64,000 nt of DNA. Origin: Alphaproteobacteria bacterium (GTDB lineage: Bacteria > Pseudomonadota > Alphaproteobacteria > JAAXGF01). Below are positions 1-11,173 of this stretch, piece by piece (the stretch's first letter is position 1; every line of letters starts with the position of its first letter). The stretch spans positions 1,536,001 to 1,600,000 of the forward strand of contig CAUVXB020000001.1 of NCBI GenBank assembly GCA_963555825.3, in the 5' to 3' direction. A program made the position numbers and the translations under genes. The notes beneath the pieces were generated by a model. The model had not been told where the DNA came from and searched no databases. It worked only from the letters and a program-made list of their open reading frames with translations.

Positions 1-930
1 GGCGTCGAACAGCTTGGTGTCCTTCAGATTGGCGCCGCGCAGATCGACGCCGGTCAGGTCCACGCCGCTCAGATCGGCGCCCAGGAGATCGGCCCAGAAG
101 AAGCTGCCGCCCGCCACCGTCGCGCCGATCAACTGCGCGCCGCGCAGGCTCGCGCCGCTGAAGTCGGCGCCCGCGAGGTTCGCCTCGATCATCGCCGCCT
201 TGTCGAGCTCGGCCTCGGTGAACACGGCGCCCCGCGCATCCACCTTGTAGAAGTCGGCTCCCGACGCCACGGTCTGGCGCAACGTGACGCCGCGTAAATT
301 GGTGCGGTGGAGCCGCGCGCCGACGAGCCGGGTCTTGTCGAGCTTGGCACCGGCAAGATCGGCGTCGGTCAGGTTCGACCCGCTCAGGTCGGCGCCGATC
401 AGATGGGCCTCGCGCAGGCTGGCGCGGATCAGCTTGGCGCCCGAGATGTCGACGCCATAGATCTCGACCTTGTCGAGATTGGCCCCGTTGAGATCGGCCC
501 GGTGAAGCTTGGCGTCGCTCAAGATGGTGGCGCGCAGATCGGTGCCGGCAAGGCTCGCCGACGAAAGATCCGCGCCGCGCAGCTTGGCGCCGGCGAGGTC
601 GGCGCCGCTCAGGTCGACGGCAAACAGGGCGGCGCCCGTGAAATCGGCGCCGCGCAGGTCGTAACCGCTGAGATTGGCGGTGTTCAGCGTCTCACCCTTG
701 AGGTCGATGTTGCAGAACGCGCCACGCTCGGTGCCTTCGGGAAGGTCGAGGTTTTCTTCCTGGAAGCCGCTCTTGTGGCCTTCGCGCAGCAGTTTCAGTT
801 GCGCGCCGTTCGGCCGCCAGCCTGCCTTGTGCGGGCAGTCTGTCGCCGCGTTCGAAACCGCCGGAAGGGCGGCGAGCAAGAGCGCGATCGTCAGGATGCA
901 AACGCGGGCGGCCAACGGCACGCGGCTCAC
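1..930 (-). CDS. Secreted pentapeptide-repeat protein (runs off the left edge of the window)
   Basis: Manual translation from GTG at 930 (GTGA overlap with the MarR stop): signal-like N-terminus VPLAARVCILTIALLLAALPAVSNA, then A(D/N)LXX repeats (ANLSGYDLRGADFTG...). Absent from the ORF track because its stop lies outside the window. Confidence 0.88.
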   Translation of the reverse strand, partial: MSRVPLAARVCILTIALLLAALPAVSNAATDCPHKAGWRPNGAQLKLLREGHKSGFQEENLDLPEGTERGAFCNIDLKGETLNTANLSGYDLRGADFTGAALFAVDLSGADLAGAKLRGADLSSASLAGTDLRATILSDAKLHRADLNGANLDKVEIYGVDISGAKLIRASLREAHLIGADLSGSNLTDADLAGAKLDKTRLVGARLHRTNLRGVTLRQTVASGADFYKVDARGAVFTEAELDKAAMIEANLAGADFSGASLRGAQLIGATVAGGSFFWADLLGADLSGVDLTGVDLRGANLKDTKLFDA

Positions 931-1397
931 CCCAGGCGCTTGAGAAGATCGAGGAACTGGGCGCGCTGGCGCGCGGTCAGCGGCTCGAGCGTGGCGTCGC
1001 TGATCCGCGCCGCGGCGGCACGATGCGCTGCGACCAGATCGCGGCCCGCCGGCGTCAGCGTCAACACCGAACGCCGCCGGTCGGCGCGGTCGGCGCGGCG
1101 CGCGATCAGCCTGCGCTCGACGAGGCGACGGATGACGCCCTGAATGGTCGCCGGGTCCATCGCCGTCATACGGCCCAGGTGGTTCTGCGACAGCGCGCCG
1201 TGGTCGCCGAGTTTGACCAGCGCCGCCCATTGCGTCGGCGTCGGATGGCCGTTGCCGAACTCGCTGAGGAAGATCGACGTCGCGCGCTGATGCGCCCGGC
1301 GCAGGAGATGCCCGACCTGCTCTTCAAGCACATAACCGTTTTTGCTGCCCGGCGATTTGCTCAACGGCTTGGCCGCTGCCATTCGGGAAGCCTGCAA
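927..1397 (-). CDS. MarR family transcriptional regulator
   Basis: LEEQVGHLLRRAHQRA...TPTQWAAL...MDPATIQGVIRRL...DRRRSVLTLT winged-helix pattern. Confidence 0.92.
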   Translation of the reverse strand: MQASRMAAAKPLSKSPGSKNGYVLEEQVGHLLRRAHQRATSIFLSEFGNGHPTPTQWAALVKLGDHGALSQNHLGRMTAMDPATIQGVIRRLVERRLIARRADRADRRRSVLTLTPAGRDLVAAHRAAAARISDATLEPLTARQRAQFLDLLKRLG

Positions 1398-1452
1398 TCG
1401 ATTCCGATGGTCAATACACCTCGCTGACCGGCGGCGCGCCGCGCACCGTCCG

Positions 1453-1493
1453 ATTGTTCGTGTACATACTAATTCTGACCCTCACACTGTCAA
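1453..1493 (-). promoter_or_regulatory. Putative sigma70 promoter and overlapping imperfect palindromic operator for the MarR gene
   Basis: Minus strand TTGACA (1493-1488), 16 nt, TAGTAT (1471-1466); imperfect palindrome ATTGTTCGTGTACATACTAAT at 1453-1473. Confidence 0.5.
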
Positions 1494-1523
1494 GCACGCC
1501 CGGTGCGTCAGACAGCCGCGAAG

Positions 1524-1994
1524 CTAAGTCAGAGATTTGCAAAAATACGTCAAGTCACCGGGCGCTTCATCGACGACCGTGAAGCCCATCGCAATGTGGA
1601 ACGCACGGCTTTCCAGGTTTTCGGCCGTGGCATCGGAGGCCAGCGCGGCACATCCGAGCGCCGCCGCCCATTGCTCAACGCCGTGCAGCAGTTGCTGTCC
1701 GAAACCCGAGCGGCGACGTTCCGGTTCGACGTAGATGCCCTCGAGATAGCCGACCGGCGATGCGGTCACGGATGCAACGCTGTCGCGCCGCGTGCATTCG
1801 GCGAAGCCAACGATTGTCGCGTCCGCTGACCGTGCTATGAAGACGGCATAGTTGCGCGCGCCAAAGTCCTCCGGGCGGTCGAGTAGCGCTGCCGTCTCGG
1901 CCACATGCGCGGACCGATCGTGGTGCGGCCACAGCGCCTGGCGCATCGAGAGCCACTGGCTTCGATCGGCGCGGACCAGTCGACGGACGGTCAT
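1524..1994 (-). CDS. GNAT acetyltransferase, aminoglycoside 6'-N-acetyltransferase (AAC(6')-I)-like
   Basis: WLSMRQALWP, GFAE, PVGYLEGIYVEPERRRSGFG, ASDA..EN..S.AFH..MGF motifs. Confidence 0.8.
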   Translation of the reverse strand: MTVRRLVRADRSQWLSMRQALWPHHDRSAHVAETAALLDRPEDFGARNYAVFIARSADATIVGFAECTRRDSVASVTASPVGYLEGIYVEPERRRSGFGQQLLHGVEQWAAALGCAALASDATAENLESRAFHIAMGFTVVDEAPGDLTYFCKSLT

Positions 1995-2146
1995 CAACGG
2001 TGAACCGATCTGTGTCGTTGCGGCGGGCCGGTACTACGGGGCGAGATTACCACGTCGAGGTTTCGGATCACGCAGGCTTGAATTGCCTCGCCGAGCGTCA
2101 CGGGGCAGATTGTCGGGAGTCCGTCCGCCGAAACCGGGAGCGGCCC

Positions 2147-3151
2147 ATGCCGACAATACCTTTGCGCTACGCGACCACCTTGGCCATGCTGGTGACGATC
2201 GGTGCGTTCGCGGTGGGCACCGCCGCGCTGGCTTCGCCCGAGTATTGGAAGCGCGAATGGCCAAACACCGATTTCACCAAGGCATCGGTCGATTTCGGCG
2301 AGATCTTCTCGGGCTTCGCCGGTGGCACGGGCAAGGACCGTATCCCTTCGATCGACGCGCCGAAGTTCGAGCCCGTCGCCGAAGTCGACCTGCCGGACCG
2401 TGAGCCAGTCGTCGGCTTCGCGATCGGCGACGACATCCGCGCCTATCCGCTGCGTATCCTGACCTGGCACGAGATCGTCAACGACGTCGTCGGCGGCGTG
2501 CCCATCGCGGTGACCTTCTGCCCGCTGTGCAACGCCGCGGTGGTGTTCGACCGCCGGGTCGACGGCCGGACGCTGGAGTTCGGCACCTCGGGCAAGCTGC
2601 GCAACTCCGATCTGGTCATGTACGACCGCGAAACCGAGAGCTGGTGGCAGCAGTTCCTGGGCGAGGCGATCGTCGGCGCGATGACCGGCAAGCGCCTAGA
2701 GTTTCTGCCGGCGCGCATCGAATCATACGCCCGCTTCCGCGACCGCGCGCCCGACGGCAAGGTGCTTGTGCCGAGCTTCTTCAGCATGCGGCGGTACGGC
2801 AAGAACCCCTACGGCGGCTATGACAGCCTGTCACAGCCGTTCCTCTACCGGGGCGAGTTGCCCGATGGCATCCCGCCGCTGGCGCGTGTCGTCACGGTCG
2901 ACAAGGAGGCATGGGCGTTGTCGCTCCTGCGCGAGCGCAAGCGGATCACCACGGGCGACATCGTCATCACCTGGGAACCGGGCCAGGCCTCGGCGCTCGA
3001 CACCGAAATCATCGCCGAGGGCTTCGATGTCGGCAACGTCGTGGTGCAACGGCCCAATGCCGCGGGCGAGCTCGAGGATATCGTCTACGGCGTCGATTTC
3101 GCCTTCGCCTTTCACGCCTTCTATCCGGACGCGCCGATCCACACCGAGTGA
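2147..3151 (+). CDS. Secreted DUF3179-like protein with CxxC motif
   Basis: Signal peptide; KDRIPSIDAP, RAYPLRILTWHEIVND, TFCPLCN, FGTSGKLRNSDLVMYDRETESWWQQ; start chosen at ATG 2147. Confidence 0.85.
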   Translation: MPTIPLRYATTLAMLVTIGAFAVGTAALASPEYWKREWPNTDFTKASVDFGEIFSGFAGGTGKDRIPSIDAPKFEPVAEVDLPDREPVVGFAIGDDIRAYPLRILTWHEIVNDVVGGVPIAVTFCPLCNAAVVFDRRVDGRTLEFGTSGKLRNSDLVMYDRETESWWQQFLGEAIVGAMTGKRLEFLPARIESYARFRDRAPDGKVLVPSFFSMRRYGKNPYGGYDSLSQPFLYRGELPDGIPPLARVVTVDKEAWALSLLRERKRITTGDIVITWEPGQASALDTEIIAEGFDVGNVVVQRPNAAGELEDIVYGVDFAFAFHAFYPDAPIHTE

Positions 3152-3215
3152 CGCGCCTGTTCGCGGCGTGAAATTCGGGTTACGCTCGGCGATCCAGGGC
3201 GATGGAGGCGATGGC

Positions 3216-3533
3216 ATGACGACGACGCGCGCGGCCTTCCGCGTCGGCCAACTGGTCCACCACAAGCTGTTCGACTATCGCGGGCTGATCGCCGACGTCG
3301 ATGCCGAATTCCAGGGCAGCGACCGTTGGTACGAGGTCATGGCGCGTTCGCGGCCGCCCAGAGACAAGCCGTGGTACCACGTGCTGGTGCACGGCGCCGA
3401 GCACTGGACCTACGTCGCCGAGCAGAACCTCGAGGCCGACGACACCGGCCGGCCGATCAGCCATCCCGATCTCGCCGAGCAATTCGCCGAGTTCCGCGAC
3501 GGCGCCTACATCCCGACCCGTCCCGCCAACTGA
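3216..3533 (+). CDS. hspQ: Heat shock protein HspQ (YccV-like)
   Basis: FRVGQLVHHKLFDYRG..DVD..F, P.RDKPWYHVLV, TYVAEQNLE; GGAGG RBS upstream of ATG 3216. Confidence 0.88.
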   Translation: MTTTRAAFRVGQLVHHKLFDYRGLIADVDAEFQGSDRWYEVMARSRPPRDKPWYHVLVHGAEHWTYVAEQNLEADDTGRPISHPDLAEQFAEFRDGAYIPTRPAN

Positions 3534-3753
3534 ACCGGACGACAGGCTGATCGGGGCGCCTTGCGATGTCTGGTGTAGCATGGCCGATGGCCGTCGTGAG
3601 ACGTCCGGATTGGCACAAGCCCCCGAAAAAGCGCTGGGTCCGTCGTCGACCACGCATGTCTGGAATCAACCGGTAAGCGGCCCCTTTGGACAGCAATGCC
3701 TAACGCCTGAAAATAACCCAACTCGAACAGTCGTGACCAGGGTCGTCTGACGG

Positions 3754-6700
3754 TTAGGAACCCATCCTGAAACCCAGAAACGTGACATCATCGCGCCGGA
3801 TCTCGTCGCCCTGATACGCGGTGAAGGCCGCCGTTATGGCGTCGCGCTGCTCGGCTGGCGGTCGGCCAAGATGTCCTTCGAGCAGAGCGATGATGCGCTT
3901 CTTGCCGAAGGCGCGGCGCTTGTCGCCACCGACCTGATCGACCAGCCCGTCGCTGAACAGGTAAAACGCCGACCCCGGCGACAGCGGCACCTGGTGGTTG
4001 GTGAACGCCCGGTCGAGCGGCACGTGGTGGTAACCGATGCCCGACTTGTCGCCCTTGATCTCCTCGGAACCTCGGCTGCTCAGCGTCCACAACGAAAAGC
4101 GCGCGCCGGCGAAGGTCAGTCGTTCGCCACCATCATCGATGTGGCAGATACCGAGTTCGAGACCGTCGTCCGAGGGACCTTCGGCGGTATCCTGCCTCAG
4201 CGAATTCTTGATGAAGCTGTTCATCCGGGCGATGACCTTGGCGGGATCGCCGTCGGGATGTTCGATGATCGCCTGACGCAAGGCGCCGGTCGCGATCATC
4301 GTCAAGAAGGCGCCGGGGACGCCATGGCCGGTACAGTCCGCGACGGCGACGACGTGACCGCCTTCGACGCGGCGCACCCAAAAAATGTCGCCACCGACCA
4401 CGTCGCGCGGCTCCCAGATCACGAAATGCTCGCCAAGGGCTTCCGACATCAGTTCGTCGGAGGGAAGCGCCGAGCGCTGGATGCGGCTAGCGTACTCGAT
4501 CGACGAGGTGATCAGTGCATGGGCCTCGGCGAGCTCGTTCTCGGCCTTCTTGCGCTCGGTGATGTCCGTTTGAATCGTGCCGATACCAAGTATCTCGCCT
4601 TCGGCGCCCCGAACCGGGAACTTGTAGACCATGAGATCCAAAGGCGCGCGAAACGGCATCTCGTCACGATATTCGAATGGCTTGATAACCTGTTGATGTT
4701 CAAGAACTTCATTGTCGGCGATGGCGAACATATCAACCTGATCAGGCGGATTGAACGCTTCCGACGGCGCCCCGATCAAGTCTTCCTTATTCTCTCCGAA
4801 CCAATCTGCGTGGGCCTCGTTCACCATCAGGAAGTTTCGATCGGTATCTTTTAACGTGAACGCAAGCGGGCTTTGATCCAGAACCGAGCTTAGAATTGCC
4901 TCGCTGCGCCTGACTTCCGCCTCGGCCTGCTTGCGCTCGATCACGCGGCCGACCTGGCCGCCGATGTTGTCGAGGACGTCGAGCAACGCCTCGTCCGGCT
5001 CGACCGCCTCGGTGGCGAAGAATTCGAACACCGCCTCGACCCGGCCGCCGACCAGGACCGGGACGGCGAAGCCGGCCTTGACGCCGATAGTCTTGGCCTG
5101 CTTGGCGCGCGGGAAGTTCGGGTCCTCGGTGACGTCGACGATCCACGCCGATTTGCCGCTCTCCAGCACCCGGCCGGGCAGGCCAACGCCGGCCTCGAAG
5201 CTGGCCTTCTTGGTGACCCGGCGGAAGGTGGCGAAGCGCTTGGGTTCGTCGAGGTGCTAGATGTCGGTCGGCACCAAGACATCCGGCGTCTCTCCAGAGC
5301 GCACATAAACATGCCCGACCGGCCAGCCGGTATAGGCACAAATGGCGTCGAGGCAGCTACGCATCGCCTGGTCGACATCCTGGGCTTGGTTGGCGTCGGC
5401 CGCCGTCTTGTGGAGCAGCTCGACGATTGCCGACTTCTCACGCACCGCCTCTTGCGCGCGCTTCTCCTCGCTGATGTCGAGCAAGATGCCGTGCCACACC
5501 AGGGCGTCGTTCTCCCGAGCCGCCACGGATCCACTTGACCATGCCGTCGCTGGCGACGATACGGAACTCATGCACCCAGTCGGCAACTGCCTCGGCCGAG
5601 GCCCGCAACGATTCGAAGAAACCGTCGCGGTCGTCCGGATGCAGCGTGTCGAGCAGGAGCGAGGGATCGACCATCACGGCCTCGGGTTCGAGGCCGTAGA
5701 TGTCGATCAGACCAGGGCTGACATAAGGGTATGAGATGCTGCCGTCGGGCTGCATCACGCGTTCGTAGACGACGCCCGGCACGTTCGACGTGATCGCTTC
5801 GTAGCGTTCCTCGCTCTCGCGCAGCGCCTCTTCGGCCTGTTTGCGCTCGGTGATGTCGGTGAGGATCGAGACGTAGCCGCCCTCCGGCGTCGGCGCGACG
5901 TCGATCTGAAGCGTCGGTCCGCCGGGGATATTTCGCTCGATGCTGGTCGTCTCGACACGCCGGTAACGACCGAGCACCTGCTCGATCAGCGCGTCCGCAT
6001 CGCCCGGGCCGAAGTCGCCGCGTTCGGCCTGATAGTGTAATTCGTCGGACATCGACCCGCCGACCTCGAGGAGGTCATCGGGGTAGTTGCAAAGCGCGCT
6101 GTAACGTGAATTGAAGAGCAAGTTTTTGAGGTCGCTGTCAATCAACCTCATACCGCCCGGCATGTTGTCCATGGCGACGCGGAGTTGGGCTTCCTTCTCC
6201 GCCAGTTCCCGCTCGGCGCGTTTGCGGTCGGTGATATCTGTCGCCACGGTCACCGTCCCGCCCGCGGCGACGCGCTGACGGCGTATGTGATAAACGCGGC
6301 CGTCGGGCGTTAGGTCCTCGAACGTCTTTCCCGAAGGGTTCCGCAGGCTTTTCACCCGTTCGGCGATCAGAGCCTCGACATCGCCTTCGCCGTAGTAACC
6401 GTGCTCGGCCAAGTAGCGTAGAAAATCGGTATAGGGCCGCCCAGGCTGCAGCAGATCTCTCGGCGCCTGCATGATCTCGCTGAAGCGCTCGCTACAAAGC
6501 ACAATGTTGAGATCTTCGTCGGTACAAACGAGCGCGCCCGGCATGTTGTCCATGGCGAGGCGCAGCTGCGTTTCCTTCTCCGCCAGCGCCGCCTCGGCGC
6601 GCTTGCGGTCGGTGACGTCGAGCAGGATGCCGTGCCAGACGATATCGCCGTTCTCCTCGCGGTGTACATGCGAGCTACCGTGCATCCATAACGTCCTCCC

Positions 6701-9700
6701 GTCGCCCGAAATGATGCGGTCTTCGTGGTCCCAATTCGCGATATTGGCGAGCGACTCGGCGTTCGATTTGGCCAGTGCTTCCCTGTCGTCAGGGTGCGTC
6801 CGGTCGAGCCAGGCATTGGCATCGCGCATGGCGTCCTCGGGTTTGACCCCGTGGGTCTCGTACAGCCCGTCGCTGACATAGGGAAATTCGATGCGGCCGT
6901 CGGGATGCTGGACGCGTTCGTACACCACCCCCGGAATGTTCGAGGTTATCGTCGCGTAGCGCCGCTCGCTGGCCCGCAGCGTCTCCTCGGCCCGCTTGCG
7001 CTCGGTGATGTCGAAGTAGGTAAGCATGCGGCCGCCATCGGGCAGCGCGGTGCACTGGTACTGGAAGACTTTGCCGTCGGCCCGTGTCATCTCGGTCGGC
7101 GCGATCGATCCGCTGCGTACGGCCTCGACCCGTGTCGCGACATAGTCGTCGAATTCGTCGTCGGCCACGTCGTAGATGCCGCTGTAACGGTGGAGGTACA
7201 TGAGGTCGGCCATCGCCGGCATCTTCGCCAAGACCTCTTCGGAAAAGCCCCACATCTCACGGACGGCCCGGTTGAACACACGGGCCTTGAGATCCGCGTC
7301 TACGAACGCGATGCCATAATCGATCGTCTCAAGCACCGCGCTGAACTCGCCCAGTGTCTGGGTGAGTTTTTGTTCGGCCGCCTTGCGCTCGGTGATGTCG
7401 GTGGCGATGCCGACGACGCCGCCACCGTCGACCGGCGTACGCATCAGCTCGATGACGCGGCCGTTGGAAAGCTGCTCCTCGTGGCGCAACGTCATCCTAT
7501 CGATATAGCCGCGCATCCGCTGTTCGACGAGCTCCTCGGGATCGCCCGGGCCGTAGTCGCCGCGTTCGGCGCGAAACTTGACAACGTCTCTCAGCGGACC
7601 ACCCGCGCGCGCCGCCTCGTCGGGCAGCACGTACATTTCCTTGTATTGCTGGTTGATGACCTGGACCACCAGATTCTCGTCGACCATGAACATGCCGCCC
7701 GGCATGTTGTCCATGGCGACGCGGAGTTGCGCCTCCTTCCTGGCGAGCTCCTCCTCGGCTTCCTTGCGCTCGGTGATGTCGGTGTAGACGGCAACATGGC
7801 CGCCGTCGGGCGTCGGCACGACGCTCATCTCGACGACCCGGCCGGTGAAGAGACGACGCTCATACTGGGTCGGCTCGTCGCTGGTGAATTCCACCATGAT
7901 CTGTTCGACCAGGTCGTCAACGTCGCCCTCGCCGAAATCGCCGCGCTCCGCCTGATAGCGCACCGATGCCTCCACCGGTCCGCCGATGACGAGCAGGCCC
8001 TCGGGGATATCGAACAGTTCTAGGAGCTGCTCGTTGAACACGACCACATTGTTGTTCTTGTCGGACATGGACATACCGCCCGGCATGTTGTCCAGGGCGA
8101 TGCGGAGTTGCGCCTCTTTCCTGGCCAGCACCTCCTCGGCTTCCTTGCGCTCGGTGATGTCGGTGTACACGGCGACATGGCCGCCGTCGGGCGTCGGCAT
8201 GACGCTGATCTCGACCACCCGGCCGGTGGACAGCCGGCGCTCGTAGCGTGTCGGCTCGCCGCTGGCAAATCTCGTCATGGCCTGTTCGATAAGCTCGTCG
8301 ACGTCGCCCTCACCGAAATCGCCGCGCTCCGCCTGATAGCGCACCGATGCCTCCACCGGTCCGCCGACGACGATCAGACCCTCGGGGAAATCGAACAGTT
8401 CGCGGATTTGCTCGTTTAACAGGACCACCTTATCGTCCTTGTCGGACATGTACATACCGCCCGGCATGCTGTCCAAGGCGATGCGGAGCTGCGCCTCTTT
8501 CTTGGTGAAGTTCCTCCTCCCAGTTCTTGCGCTCGGTGATGTCCTGGGACGTGCCGATCATGCGGACGAACGCGCCCGCGTCGTCGAAGATGGGCTGACC
8601 CACTTCGCGGACATGACGGATCGTACCGTCGGGCCGCAGGGCTCGATAGACGGCGTCGTAACTCTTCGCGTTGGCATGCATGTCGGCGATCAGGGCGCCG
8701 AATTCCTCGCGGTCGTCCGGGTGGATCAATGCCATCTCGTCAGCTTTGATCGAGAAGCCGGCGAAGAATTCCTCGACGGTCACGCCGTGGATGCGCGCGA
8801 GCTCTTCCGAACAATGGGTGAGCCCGTTCGTCGTCTCGTCGTACGCCCAGTGGCCGAGGCGGGCCATCCGCGCCGCTTGTACGAAGTGCGCCTCGCTCTC
8901 ACGCAGCTCTTCCTCGGCCCGCTTGCGCTCGGTGATGTCGGTGTAGACGGCAACCTCGCCGCCGTCGGGCGTCGGTGCGATGTTGATCTCGACAATCCGA
9001 CCGGAGAAGAGATGGCGCTCGTACTTTGTTGGCTCGCCGTTCGCCATGTCTGCCATGATCTGTTCGACCTGCTCGTCGGCATCGCCCTCGCCAAAGTCGC
9101 CGCGCTTGGCTTGGTAGCGTACCATTGCTTCGACCGGTCCGCCGACGATCATCAGGTCCTCGGGGATACCGAACCATTCGCCGAATTGCTCGTTGAACAC
9201 GACCACCTTGTTGTCCTTGTCGGACATGAACATGCCGCCCGGCATGCTGGCCAAGGCGATGCGGAGTTGGGCTTCCTTGGCCGACAGCTCGGCGGTTCGC
9301 GCCGCGACCTCTTCTTCGAGGTGGTTCTGGTGCTCGATCAACGCGGCCTCGGCCTCGGCCTGCTTGGTCTGCATCTCGTTGTAGGCATCGACCACGCGGC
9401 CGAGCTCGTCGGCGCTCTGCCAATCGACCAGCTCGAGCACGCGCTCGGACCGCATGCGCTCGATCGAATCGAGCAGCCGGCCGATCGGCCTGGCGATCAC
9501 GATGCGCACGGCGACCAGAGTGACGCCGATCAAAGCCGCCGCCATCACGACTAGAATCAGCGCGTTCACCTTGAGATGGTCTTTGACGTTCCGCCAGATT
9601 TCCCCGGAGTGCAACGTGACGACCAGCGCACCGACCGTCTCGCTGGTTTGATTGGTCTCATAGACCAGTGACCGTTCGACCATGAGGTCGGGCGCTTCCG

Positions 9701-10025
9701 GTTTGGCGTCGACGTCGCCGACGCTGCCCAGCACGGAGGCCGAATTGTCGAGTACGACGACGCTTTGCAATTGCGGCTATTTCGCCAACTCATCGAGCAT
9801 TACGCCGATATGGTAAATGTCGTATTCCCAGACTTCGGTGGAGAGGGCCGAACTTTGCAGGTCGGCCAGGCTATCCAAACCGCGGACAAGCTCGGCGCGC
9901 TCGGCGCGGTAGTATTGCAGCTCCAGGACCGAGAACAGTACCAAGAGGGCGATGCTGACCATCGGCACATTGATGGCCAGCAGCTTCGCGGTCAGCGATT
10001 TGAACTTCACATCGATAGCGTTCAC
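3754..10025 (-). pseudogene. Disrupted membrane sensor phosphatase: TM-periplasmic-TM-HAMP, about 11 PAS domains, GAF, C-terminal SpoIIE/PP2C domain
   Basis: ORF pieces 9777-10025, 8430-9770, 5438-8476, 5257-5586 and 3754-5169 join into one protein. Lesions: in-frame TAG 9777-9779, 1-nt frameshift ~8508, frameshifting deletion ~5517, in-frame TAG 5257-5259. PP2C motifs VGGD, ADCTGHGVPGA, SDGLVDQ, RRDDVT. Confidence 0.85.
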
Positions 10026-10143
10026 GGGCACCTCCCTGCCGCGCGGCGCACGCAGCCGGTGCACCGGCGGCCTCCTGAACCTGGGCGACCTTTACAGCTC
10101 ACGGGCATCTCGCGATGCCGATTGACCCCCACGCGTCGGTCAA

Positions 10144-10205
10144 CCGGCGTTTCGCCGGCGCCGATTGCGGTCAGCCGGCGTTTCGCCGGCGCCGATTGCG
10201 GCCAG
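10144..10205. repeat. 31-bp tandem duplication upstream of the PAS/PP2C gene
   Basis: CCGGCGTTTCGCCGGCGCCGATTGCGG(T/C)CAG twice, each copy containing a small hairpin. Confidence 0.8.
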
Positions 10206-10379
10206 CCGAGTTTAGCGCATTTTTGGGGACCGGACGTCCTTCGTCGTCGGATTCGTCTCAGCCGATATTAGGGGAGCCTTCAACGAGGGCATGCGCGCGA
10301 TCAACAAATCCGGTGCCTACGAAGCGATGACGCGCCTGTCTATGGTGGGAAGTCCGGGCGAGACCCAGGGGACGTTCCC

Positions 10380-11153
10380 CTAGCCCATACGCGCCAGCAA
10401 TTCGGGCAGATCGGCGATTGTCGCGATGCGCGCGTCGGGTGTGATCGATGGGTGGTCGCGGTCGCGCGCACTGTATTTGCCGGTCTCGACCTGGACCGCG
10501 CGCAGGCCGGCGCTCTGCGCGCCGCCGATGTCGGCCACGATGTCGTCGCCGACCATGACGACCTCGCCAGCCGCGAGCCCGATCGAGGCGAGCGCCATGT
10601 CGAAGAAGGCGCGATCGGGCTTGCCGAGCACCCGCGCGGTCGCGCCGGCGGCGTATTCGAGCGCGGCGACGAACGGGCCGACGTCGAGCGACAGCCCCTC
10701 GGCGCGCCGGCAATAACGGTTCTTGTGCAGGGCGAGGATCGCGGCGCCGTCGAGCGCCATCTGGAACAGCCGGTTGAGGCGCTGCCACGAATAGCCGGTA
10801 TAGAGATCGCCCATGACGACCACCTCGACCCGGTCGTCGACCAGATCGAAGCCCGCGAAGTCCTCGGCCAGGCCCTCGGGCGCGGCGAGATGGACACGCG
10901 TCAGCCCCTCGCGCCTCAGCACCGCGACGGCGGCCATGGCCGGCGAGAACACTTCGTCGAGGTCGAGTGCGAAGCCCATGGCGTGCATGCGGCCAACGAC
11001 GTCGCCGCGCGGCTTGGTCGTGGTGTTGGTCAAGTAGCGCAGCGCGATGCCGTCGGCGCCGAGCCGATCGAGCGCCTCGCGCGCGCCCGCGATCGGCGCG
11101 TCCGCTTGGTAGAGAACGCCTTCAAGATCGAGCAGGGCGCCGCGTACCGTCAT
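10380..11153 (-). CDS. HAD-superfamily subfamily IIA hydrolase (LHPP/HDHD2-like)
   Basis: LLDLEGVLY, LTNTTT, GKP, VGDDIVADIGGA, VETGKY. Confidence 0.9.
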   Translation of the reverse strand: MTVRGALLDLEGVLYQADAPIAGAREALDRLGADGIALRYLTNTTTKPRGDVVGRMHAMGFALDLDEVFSPAMAAVAVLRREGLTRVHLAAPEGLAEDFAGFDLVDDRVEVVVMGDLYTGYSWQRLNRLFQMALDGAAILALHKNRYCRRAEGLSLDVGPFVAALEYAAGATARVLGKPDRAFFDMALASIGLAAGEVVMVGDDIVADIGGAQSAGLRAVQVETGKYSARDRDHPSITPDARIATIADLPELLARMG

Positions 11154-11173
11154 GTCGGGCCTTATGCCAAGGA

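Noticed and set aside
2510-2535. Possible selenocysteine in the DUF3179-like CxxC motif
   Set aside because: Both Cys codons are TGC and there is no in-frame TGA.
3698-3760. attC-like ends GCCTAAC...GTTAGGA
   Set aside because: The interior is not self-complementary, there are no L boxes and no integrase, and the right end is simply the PP2C stop codon region.
8500-8515. CTT-C at the PAS gene frameshift as a programmed +1 shift site
   Set aside because: There is no adjacent stop codon as in prfB, and the same gene has three other lesions; a 1-nt insertion is the simpler explanation.
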